DNA of 46,506 nt. Origin: an uncultured Verrucomicrobiota bacterium. Its GTDB lineage: Bacteria; Verrucomicrobiota; Verrucomicrobiia; Limisphaerales; J093. Each line of letters starts with the position of its first letter. Positions within the stretch are counted from its first letter, which is position 1. The translations under genes and the position numbers were made by a program. The notes under the pieces are model-generated. The model was not told the DNA's origin. It saw only the letters and a program-made list of their open reading frames with translations, and did no database searches. The stretch covers positions 44,730 to 91,235 of the forward strand of contig CAYPUR010000001.1 in the NCBI GenBank assembly GCA_964413865.1. The letters run 5' to 3'. This document shows, piece after piece, positions 30,895 to 38,218 of this stretch.

Positions 30895-31276
30895 ATTTCA
30901 CACTCCGGCGGTGCACGCGCCAGTCAGACTCCGCAAGGTGACAGCCATGCGGGCTAGGATAGCAAAACCGCGCCCGAGTGGAGGGATGGAATCGGGCAAC
31001 AGAGTGTCGCCGCACTCGCGAGGTTTCGGAAACGCTCCGAACCTCGTTTTTCCCTGTGCGGGCGCGGTTTTGCCACAGCCCGGGTTTTTTTGTCATCTTC
31101 CCGGTCGTGAGAAATCCGGCTAGAGTTACTCCCTTTGTGAAATCTGTGCCAAACGAGTCAAGTTCCTGCGCCGCGCAGCGGCGCCTCTTAGCGAGGCGTC
31201 GGGCGCCGGTGATGGTGGTGGCCGCCCAGCGCAGACGAGTTGTTTACGCGCCGCCTCGGTCTGTGGCGGAGCCTCG
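30884..31276 (-). repeat. Copy B of the modular intergenic repeat (head hairpin, body with 15-bp inverted repeat, terminator-like tail)
   Basis: Head arms TAGCCCGCAT (30885-30894) and ATGCGGGCTA (30947-30956). Body inverted repeat GCAAAACCGCGCCCG (30962-30976) and CGGGCGCGGTTTTGC (31059-31073). Tail hairpin GCGCCGC-GCA-GCGGCGC (about 31169-31185). An extra 88-nt segment is bounded by TTAGCGAGGC/GCCTCGCTAA (31188-31280). Confidence 0.8.
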
Positions 31277-31726
31277 CTAACGATACTTCTCCGCGTTGAA
31301 CCCACGGGCCAGCGCCAGGGCGTGCTGATCGCCATCCGCAGTGACAAACAGATCGGGCAGGATTTGGTCCAGCAGGGCAACATGCAGGGTGTCGGCCGAC
31401 CGCATTCTTTGCCGCACGCTGAATGCCGCGCTCAGTTCCTGGCAGGTGGCCATCGTCGCCAACCAGTCCACCGAACGGCGCACAAACGGACCGGCGCGGA
31501 ACAAATGCCGCCAGTAGCGTCGCACCGCCTCGACCCGGTTGGGTGATGGTCCTTTCGGCTCGCGGCACATCTGCCGCAGCGCGTTGAGGGTCTCGAATTC
31601 CGCCCACGGCGTGACAAGCCATTCCTCGGCGATGTGAGCCTTGAACCACGAGACAGCCAGACCGTGGTGCGTCTCCCATCCCGCCAGGAACGAAACCAGG
31701 AACGACGTGTCCGGGTAGATTGTCAC
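31277..31726 (-). CDS. vapC: PIN-domain toxin (VapC family)
   Basis: MTIYPDTSFLVSF carries the first acidic residue. EFETLNAL, SADTLHVALL and FVTADGDQ are the further PIN acidic motifs. 149 aa, with a 4-nt overlap with the upstream small gene. Confidence 0.85.
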   Translation of the reverse strand: MTIYPDTSFLVSFLAGWETHHGLAVSWFKAHIAEEWLVTPWAEFETLNALRQMCREPKGPSPNRVEAVRRYWRHLFRAGPFVRRSVDWLATMATCQELSAAFSVRQRMRSADTLHVALLDQILPDLFVTADGDQHALALARGFNAEKYR

Positions 31727-31947
31727 GACCGCAGGTCCTCGAGGAGCGCGTCCGCATCCATCGGTGCGATGCCTTGGGCCAGGGCGGCGAGGTCCCGCTC
31801 GATCTGTTGCGCCGAGAGCCGCGGCAGTTTTTGCCGCGTGAGGACCAGGGGTGTCGGGGAATCCTCCAACTGGACACTTTCCCCGGGCTGCAATTGCGAG
31901 GCGAGCGCCGGACGTTTGACCAAAGATCGTTTGGTTAACTTACGCAT
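31723..31947 (-). CDS. Putative cognate antitoxin (VapB-like, 74 aa)
   Basis: A small ORF directly upstream of and overlapping the PIN gene, the typical TA arrangement. No specific antitoxin fold is recognised from the sequence. Confidence 0.6.
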   Translation of the reverse strand: MRKLTKRSLVKRPALASQLQPGESVQLEDSPTPLVLTRQKLPRLSAQQIERDLAALAQGIAPMDADALLEDLRS

Positions 31948-32004
31948 GTGTACAAACTTGTCCTACGGCGTTGGATTCGTCAACGTGCGCGTCCCTGACG
32001 CATG

Positions 32005-32405
32005 GCGCGCATTTCTGACTAACTTCTGAAGAACGCGGAGCCGATGTCATCGAAAGGTGCACGCATGCGCGCTAGCCAAGCAAAACCGCGCCGGGTTGGA
32101 GGGAGGGGCGAAGGCAACGGGGTGTCGGTTTGCGACTCCGTGTTCCCGCTCGACCAGACTCTGGTTTTCTTCTGTCCCGGCGCGGTTTTGCCAGAGCCCG
32201 TGTTTTTTTCTCATCTCTCCGGTCGTGAGAAATCCGGGCTAGAGTTACTTCCTTTGTGAAATCTGTACCAAACGAGTCAAGTTCTTGCGCCGCGCAGCGG
32301 CGCCTCGCTAACGATACTTCTCCGCGTTGAACCCACGGGCCGGCGCCAAGGCGCCTACAAAGTCTGACTGTCATGTGCACAGACGGGGTGTGAAAGATGC
32401 GGGTT
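32005..32405 (-). repeat. Copy C of the modular repeat (head, body, tail), plus a duplicated vapC 3' remnant and an inverted partial head
   Basis: Head arms GCGCGCAT (32005-32012) and ATGCGCGC (32065-32072). Body inverted repeat GCAAAACCGCGCCGGG and CCCGGCGCGGTTTTGC. The tail, about 93% identical to copy B, runs through 32306. The vapC 3'-end remnant CTAACGATACTTCTCCGCGTTGAACCCACGGGCC is at 32308-32341. The inverted partial head ...GTGTGAAAGATGCGGGTTAG ends at 32405 and overlaps the Dus-family stop codon. Confidence 0.8.
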
Positions 32406-33399
32406 AGAGTCCGGCGACCGTGGGGTGGGCCAGCAACTGCGGCGAGCGGGCGAAGAACACCTGGGCCCGTTCACGGGCCTGTTCGAGATTCGGCGCGTTG
32501 GCAATCTCCACCCGGAATCGGTGGCCGAAGGCGAAGTTGGCCGCAAAATACTTCGTGAACATCTGAACCCGGCGCAGAGCGACCGCCGCGGGAAAATCCT
32601 CGGCCGCATAATCGCACAGCCTGCCCCACACGGCCGAATGGTCGATCTCTCGGGACGCGCCATCCCAGGAGGCGAACAGCCACGGGCAGGCAATCGCCAT
32701 GCGACCGATCATGATCCCGCACGCGGACTCGAGGGGGGGCAAGTGCGCGGCAACGGACTCGACACCGGTCAGGTCGCCGTTGGCGATCAAGGGCAGGCGC
32801 GTCAGTGTGGCCATCCACGGCAGCAATTCGAGCCGCACGCGCCGGCGGAACTTGTCTTCGAAGAACCGCGGATGGACGACCAACGCGTCGAATCCAACGT
32901 CTTCGAGCAGGCGCAGGCGCTCGGCAAAGCGGCTTTCCCAATCGGGGCGCTGGCGGCCGAGCCGGACCTTGGCGGTCAGCAGCCCGGGCCAGTGCCGGCG
33001 GCACTCGCGCGCCACCCGGGCCAGCGCGGCGAGATCTTCGAAAAGGCCGCTGCCGGCTTCGCAGGCGCGGATCGAGAAAGCGTCACAGGCGAGGTTCAAG
33101 TCCACCGCTTCCACCCCCTGCTCTGCCAGGACACCCAGCACCCGGTCCAACGGGTCGCCCGCGCGCACCATGAGTTGGTAGAAAGTGAAGCCGTCCGACG
33201 GACGCCGCTTGACCCATGGGGAGACCCGGAAGTCTTCGGCGATGACCTGGCGCGCAGCCAGCATCTCCGTCCAGAGCGCGCCGCAGCCCCCCAACTCGCC
33301 CAGCAAACGGCGAAAGGCGCTGTGGGTGTAACCGGCCATGGGCGCCAGGAAACGCGCGGGCACGAATCGCGCGCCGCGGATGGTGCATTGCTCGAACAT
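32404..33399 (-). CDS. tRNA-dihydrouridine synthase (Dus) family protein
   Basis: Motifs LAPMAGYTHSAFRRL, VDLNLAC, LTAKVRLG, DALVVHPR and LPLIANGDL. 331 aa. Confidence 0.78.
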   Translation of the reverse strand: MFEQCTIRGARFVPARFLAPMAGYTHSAFRRLLGELGGCGALWTEMLAARQVIAEDFRVSPWVKRRPSDGFTFYQLMVRAGDPLDRVLGVLAEQGVEAVDLNLACDAFSIRACEAGSGLFEDLAALARVARECRRHWPGLLTAKVRLGRQRPDWESRFAERLRLLEDVGFDALVVHPRFFEDKFRRRVRLELLPWMATLTRLPLIANGDLTGVESVAAHLPPLESACGIMIGRMAIACPWLFASWDGASREIDHSAVWGRLCDYAAEDFPAAVALRRVQMFTKYFAANFAFGHRFRVEIANAPNLEQARERAQVFFARSPQLLAHPTVAGL

Positions 33400-33478
33400 C
33401 GCAAATCCTCGCGCATTCCGCGGTCACCGGTGCTCGAGCCGGCTCCAAGCCGGCGCTCCGGTCGCGGGACCTCTCGCG

Positions 33479-34624
33479 TTATCCGTAATGAGGGGCCGAC
33501 GCCCGGCGCAGGCGGTCGGCGATGCCCTCCCACGGCGGATCCTCCGGCACCGCCTCGATGACGATGCCCGCCCCGCCCTGCTGGTCGCATCGGTGGAGTT
33601 CCGCGTAGAGCGCCTGGGCGCAGCCCTCGGGGTGGCGGGGGATCACGCTCACGGCCCCCCAGCCGGCGCGTCCGGGAATGTTCGTGTGCGCGAGGATCTG
33701 GACCGCGCGCCGAGTCCAGCCGAGCCGCTTGACCTGTCGGCGCAGATCCGCCTCATCCTTCCACTCGAGCACGGCGAGCGGCGTGCGCGGCGCGTAATGG
33801 CGCGCCAGTTGCCCCGGGCTGCGACGCGGCGCGCGGGCGACCGGTTCTCCGCCCTCGGTTTGATCGATGCGGATCTCGCCTCCGGAAATCCCCAGGACCG
33901 CCATCAAGGCGTCGCGATGGATCATTCCCGACCGCAGCACCCGAGGCGGCTGAACAGTCAGATCGACCACCGTCGACTCGATTCCCACCTGGGCCGGCCC
34001 GCCATCCACAATCAGCGGGATCCGGCCTCCCAGGCTCGAGCGGACATGCTCGGCACGAGTCGGCGAAAGCGCGGTCGACCGATTCGCGCTGGGAGCCGCC
34101 AGTGGAAAGCCGCACTTGAGGATCACCGACCGGATGAGGGGGTGCCGAGGACAGCGGACGCCGACGGTCGCGCCTCCGCCCGTGACAATATCGGGAATGG
34201 TGCGGGCCTTGGGCAGGACGAGTGTCAGAGGTCCCGGCCAGAATGCCCGGGCCAGGCGCTGGGCCGCGCGCGGCCAGGTGGCCACACACCGCCGCGCCAT
34301 CGCCACATTGGCCACATGCACGATGATGGGATTGTGCGCCGGGCGGCCTTTGGCCGCAAAGAGACGGGCCACGGCCTGTGCGTCGCGGGCGTTGGCAGCC
34401 AGGCCGTAAACGGTCTCCGTCGGCAAGGCGACGATCTCGCCGGCCCGCAGCAGGGCGGAAGAGCGGTCGACCGCAACCGCGAAGGACTCGGCGGTGTGGG
34501 CCGCGAGAATCTCGGTGTCGGGGCGACGCACCGCCCGACTGCTGATTGATCGCGGAGCTCGACCCGGCACGGCGCTTGTCTTGGGATGAAAGAGGCCCAG
34601 CCAGGCCGCGCCCGGCTGGGCCAT
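33479..34624 (-). CDS. L-threonylcarbamoyladenylate synthase (Sua5/YwlC type: YrdC domain + Sua5 C-terminal domain)
   Basis: Motifs GEIVALPTETVYGLAANA, AKGRPAHNPIIVHV, WPGPLTLVL, LAAPSANRS and VGIESTVVDL. The start is uncertain (ATG 34624, or GTG at 34531 which gives a more typical N-terminus). Confidence 0.85.
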   Translation of the reverse strand: MAQPGAAWLGLFHPKTSAVPGRAPRSISSRAVRRPDTEILAAHTAESFAVAVDRSSALLRAGEIVALPTETVYGLAANARDAQAVARLFAAKGRPAHNPIIVHVANVAMARRCVATWPRAAQRLARAFWPGPLTLVLPKARTIPDIVTGGGATVGVRCPRHPLIRSVILKCGFPLAAPSANRSTALSPTRAEHVRSSLGGRIPLIVDGGPAQVGIESTVVDLTVQPPRVLRSGMIHRDALMAVLGISGGEIRIDQTEGGEPVARAPRRSPGQLARHYAPRTPLAVLEWKDEADLRRQVKRLGWTRRAVQILAHTNIPGRAGWGAVSVIPRHPEGCAQALYAELHRCDQQGGAGIVIEAVPEDPPWEGIADRLRRASAPHYG

Positions 34625-34648
34625 CGGTGTGAATGTGTTTCTGGGGCT

Positions 34649-35755
34649 CTAAGGACTCCCGGCCGTGGGCCAACGGCCATCCACCAAGACGCGCCCCTTG
34701 AACCGGGATGGGTCAAGCACGACGTGCTTGATGCGCTCGCGCTTCCAGGTGTAGGTCACGTGGACGAAGCCGTCCTTGCTCAGGATCGCGGCCGGGTACG
34801 AGAACTCGCTGTCCGGCTCATTTTCGAGTTCGCACACGGCTTCCCACGACTTGCCGTCGGTCGAGATCGCGGCGTTCAGGACGCCGCGGCCCTTGTCGGT
34901 GTGATTGTAGATCAAGACGTGGCGCCCGTCATCGAGCGTCACGGCGTCAATCGCGCTGTTGGGGTTCGGCAGCGAGGTGCGGTCCATCGGACTCCAGGAT
35001 TGGCCGTTGTCGTTGGACCAACAGGTCACGACCCGCCCCTGTTTTGACCGGCACAGCAATTGGTATGTGCCCGATCCATGCCGCAGGATGGTCGGTTGAA
35101 TCACGGCCACCGTGAACGCCGCATTCAAATACGGCCCGCAGGACCAGATGCCAAAGGGATCCTTCGCCCACTCCATCCGGGCCCGCCATCCTTTGTCCTC
35201 CGAACTCGAGCCGCAGAGCAATGTGCCGTCCGCCATCTCGATCGGTTTGTTCCGAACCGGCCCGACGTAGCCTGCGGGCAGGCGGCCCTCTTTGATCCAG
35301 GTCCTGCCGTTGTCGGCGGACATGCGGACCATGCCCCACCAGGTGGAGGGGCTGGGGCCGACCTTGTAGAAGAGCAGCAACTGGCCGTTCTTGCGCAGGA
35401 ACAGGACGGGATTCCAGCACGGGTAGCGGCGGAACTGGCGCGGGTCGGTGCCGCTGGCGATTTCCTCGGGCGCCGACCACCCCGTCCCACCCTCGTTGCG
35501 CGAGAGCCAGATGCTGACGTCGGGCGCCCCCTCTTCGCTCCCGCCGAACCAGGCTGCCACCAGGCCGTCGGGTGTCTCGACAAGGGTCGAGGCGTGACTG
35601 CTGGCAAAGGGCGGATTCGGCACGATGATCTCCGAATGGACAATCGCAGGATCCCCTGCGGCAAACGCCTGCTGCCCCATGACCGCGAATCCGACCAAGA
35701 CTCCCGCAGCCATTCCGGCTGAGACGCATCGATTGAGAAATGAAGACGAGTTCAT
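34649..35755 (-). CDS. Secreted BNR-repeat exo-alpha-sialidase-like glycosidase
   Basis: Has a signal peptide. BNR/Asp-box motifs are SADNGRTW, SNDNGQSW and STDGKSW. N-terminal motif ASSHASTLVETPDGLVAAWFGGS. Confidence 0.8.
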   Translation of the reverse strand: MNSSSFLNRCVSAGMAAGVLVGFAVMGQQAFAAGDPAIVHSEIIVPNPPFASSHASTLVETPDGLVAAWFGGSEEGAPDVSIWLSRNEGGTGWSAPEEIASGTDPRQFRRYPCWNPVLFLRKNGQLLLFYKVGPSPSTWWGMVRMSADNGRTWIKEGRLPAGYVGPVRNKPIEMADGTLLCGSSSEDKGWRARMEWAKDPFGIWSCGPYLNAAFTVAVIQPTILRHGSGTYQLLCRSKQGRVVTCWSNDNGQSWSPMDRTSLPNPNSAIDAVTLDDGRHVLIYNHTDKGRGVLNAAISTDGKSWEAVCELENEPDSEFSYPAAILSKDGFVHVTYTWKRERIKHVVLDPSRFKGRVLVDGRWPTAGSP

Positions 35756-35839
35756 GTCATGACAAATTATCGGCCACCGACTGCCGTCTATTGTTAGACG
35801 CGACGCGAGACCTTTTCAATGCCTAATCGACGATCCCGG

Positions 35840-36085
35840 TCAGTCGATCGCCTGCGACAGGGCTTCGATGTCCGGCTTGGGCAGGCTTGTGAGGGTGGCC
35901 TGAATCAAGTGGGCGCTGATCTCCGAGGCGGTCTTGGCGCTGAACTCGAGGGGTTGGTCCAGCATGGCTGGCGATTTGCCGCCTTCTTCGAGGAACTGGG
36001 CGAGGCGGCGCACGCTCTCGCGAGCCTGGCCGGCCTCGAGCAAGTCGTAGAGGCGGCTATCGACCAATTCGGCAACGGGATGCAT
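35840..36085 (-). CDS. Small hypothetical protein (81 aa)
   Basis: The internal ATG at 36085 gives MHPVAELVDSRLYDLLEAGQ... No family is recognised; support is weak. Confidence 0.3.
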   Translation of the reverse strand: MHPVAELVDSRLYDLLEAGQARESVRRLAQFLEEGGKSPAMLDQPLEFSAKTASEISAHLIQATLTSLPKPDIEALSQAID

Positions 36086-36248
36086 ACGTGTTGAATGTGG
36101 CCCTGACCCGAGAAATCTCAAATCTCCCCTTGTTTTCTCACCTGCGTGCGGTCCTGAGTCGAGGGGCGCGCAAGCCCTGGCCGGACTGTTGCCAAATCGT
36201 AACACGGGCTCCACGTGGCCGTAACGCTCTCAACCGAAGCTGACTGCG

Positions 36249-36788
36249 ATGCAAACAGGCATGCGCATTCATTCTCCGGTGATCGGGTGTCATCTCGGCG
36301 CCGGGCCGGCCATGATGGAGGTGCCCGCGGACCTGCGGATTTGGGTGGGTGACTGGGGTCTGGTGACGATGGTATTGGACTCTGTGCAAGCGGAGTGGCC
36401 GGAGGCCGGAGGTGCGCAGGCAGGGTGCTCAGATCGTCTATGCAAGCCGATGATGCTCACCCTGTTGACGTACTGCTACGCGGCGGGCATCTACGCTTCG
36501 GAGGACATCGAGTTGGCGCCCGGTCGCAGCCCGCAGATCCTCTACATCTGCGCCGGCCAGCATCCGGAGGCGGACACAATCCGCCAGTTTCGGCGCGCGA
36601 ACCGCGCTCAGCTCGAACGATGTCTTGCTCGAGTTCTGGGTGAGGCTGCGAGGCTCAAGATCGGGAAGACAGAGTGGGCGTCGGAGCCGGGGCGCCTGTT
36701 GGAAGCCCCCGTGCGGGGCTCAATTCAGCAATTGGTCGGGCACAGGCTCCAGTTGGCTGTCCTCATGGATACGGCGGGCGACGATTAG
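36249..36788 (+). CDS. Stand-alone transposase N-terminal-domain (DUF772/IS1182-IS5-like) protein; no catalytic DDE part
   Basis: CKPMMLTLLTYCYAAGIYASEDIE...QHPEADTIRQFRRANRAQLERCLARVL matches the InsH-type N-terminal domain pattern. The ORF ends after 179 aa without a DDE domain. The start may be MMEV at 36312. Confidence 0.6.
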   Translation: MQTGMRIHSPVIGCHLGAGPAMMEVPADLRIWVGDWGLVTMVLDSVQAEWPEAGGAQAGCSDRLCKPMMLTLLTYCYAAGIYASEDIELAPGRSPQILYICAGQHPEADTIRQFRRANRAQLERCLARVLGEAARLKIGKTEWASEPGRLLEAPVRGSIQQLVGHRLQLAVLMDTAGDD

Positions 36789-36866
36789 CGAGGCTCCGTC
36801 TCAGACCGGCGCGGCGCCGAAACCTGACTCATTCGCCGCGGATTTCATTTGGGGAGTAACTCGAGT
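36786..36866 (+). repeat. Copy E: 'tail' module of the intergenic repeat family
   Basis: TTAGCGAGGCTCCGTCTCAGACCGGCGCGGCGCCGAAACCTGACTCATTCGCCGCGGATTTCATTTGGGGAGTAACTCGAG aligns with the reverse complement of 31121-31280 and 32230-32312. Its TAG is the stop codon of the DUF772 gene. Confidence 0.65.
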
Positions 36867-36876
36867 GTGGTGCCGG

Positions 36877-38169
36877 CTATTCCGGCGCGCGATCAAAAAC
36901 GGCCACATAGGCGCCGTCGACACGATCGCGAAACGGGAGGAGTTCGCGCTCGGTCTGGAGGCGCAGTTCGGGCCGGCGGGTCAGGAGGGCACGGGCGACC
37001 TCTTGATTCTCCTCGGGTTCGAGGCTGCACGTGCTGTAGACGAGGCGGCCTCCCGGTTTCAATTGGGCTGTCGCGCGGTCCAGCAGATCGATTTGGGCTG
37101 CCTTCAAGCGCGGCAGCGCCTCGGGCCGGATCCGCCAACGCAGATCGATGCGTCGCCGCATGACGCCTGTATTCGAGCAAGGGGCATCGACCAGGATGCG
37201 GTCGAAAGCGACGGGCATCGGATCGGTTGTCAGGCAGGTCTGGACGCATGTGATCCCCAGGCGCTTGCAGTTGTCGTGCAGGAGCCCGAGCCGGGCGGCG
37301 GAGGCGTCCTGGGCCACGATCCGGCCCTGATTTGCCATGCGCTGGGCGATGTAGGTGGTCTTGCCTCCGGGTGCCGCGCAGGCGTCCAGAACGGCATCGC
37401 CGGGCTGGGGATCAAGCGCATGAACAGCCAGCAGGGTGCTCGGGTCCTGGAGATAGAACCAACCGTCCTGGAATGTGCCCAACCTGGCGAGGGGCGGATG
37501 AGTCTTGAGCTGGCAGACCAGGCTCTCGGGAATCCAATCCCAGCGTCCGAAATCGTACTCGACATCCTCCTGTCGCCAACGGTCCAGCAGGCGGCCCGGA
37601 TCGGTCTTCAGAGCATTCGCGCGCGCAAACGTGTGGGCTGGGGCGTTGTTCCAGGCCAGCAGCGCGACCGTCGGCTCGATGCCCCACCGTGTCTGCCAGC
37701 GGTCAATCAGCCAGGCGGGATGAGACCATCCGACTGCGGGTTGGGCTTGTTTCAGCACTTCGAGCTGGAGCCGCGTCGACTCTCGCTCGCGCCCGTAGCC
37801 GCGGAGGAGGGCGTTGACGAAGCCGGCTTGGGCGCCGAGGCCGTGTTGGCGGGCCAGGTTGACGGTTTCATTGACCGTGGCGTGGTCGGGGATGCGGTCG
37901 AGCCAGAAGATCTGGTAGAGGCCGAGGCGGAGGAGCATCCGGAGATCAGGCTTCTGCTGGCGTCCCCGGGTCTTCTGATCGATGAGCCAGTCGAGGGCCG
38001 CCTGCCAGCGGACGACGCCGCAGACCAGCTCATGGACGAGCGCGCGGTCGCGCGGGTGGAGGGAGGCGCGTTCGAGGGCGTTATGGAGCAAATCCTCGAC
38101 CCAGGCGGGGCCGGTGGCATGCTGCCACAGGATGTGGCAGGCAATTTCTCTTGGTTTTTGGGCCGTCAC
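36877..38169 (-). CDS. rsmB: 16S rRNA (cytosine967-C5)-methyltransferase RsmB
   Basis: N-terminal NusB-like domain (RDRALVHELVCGVVRW). SAM motif VLDACAAPGGKT. Catalytic motifs ILVDAPCSNTGV and LVYSTCSLEPEENQ. Confidence 0.88.
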   Translation of the reverse strand: MTAQKPREIACHILWQHATGPAWVEDLLHNALERASLHPRDRALVHELVCGVVRWQAALDWLIDQKTRGRQQKPDLRMLLRLGLYQIFWLDRIPDHATVNETVNLARQHGLGAQAGFVNALLRGYGRERESTRLQLEVLKQAQPAVGWSHPAWLIDRWQTRWGIEPTVALLAWNNAPAHTFARANALKTDPGRLLDRWRQEDVEYDFGRWDWIPESLVCQLKTHPPLARLGTFQDGWFYLQDPSTLLAVHALDPQPGDAVLDACAAPGGKTTYIAQRMANQGRIVAQDASAARLGLLHDNCKRLGITCVQTCLTTDPMPVAFDRILVDAPCSNTGVMRRRIDLRWRIRPEALPRLKAAQIDLLDRATAQLKPGGRLVYSTCSLEPEENQEVARALLTRRPELRLQTERELLPFRDRVDGAYVAVFDRAPE

Positions 38170-38218
38170 TTCGCAATAATGTACATCGCTTGCGAGTGTA
38201 AGCGATAGATGCCCTCAT

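Noticed and set aside
31104-31129. An ECF-type promoter-like motif on the minus strand (GTAAC-N17-CGAC) within the repeat body, about 210 nt upstream of the ECF sigma ATG. It is conserved in copy C.
   Set aside because: The match to the generic GGAAC-N16/17-CGT pattern is loose, and such short motifs are frequent in GC-rich DNA. Without a transcription start site it cannot be supported as a feature.
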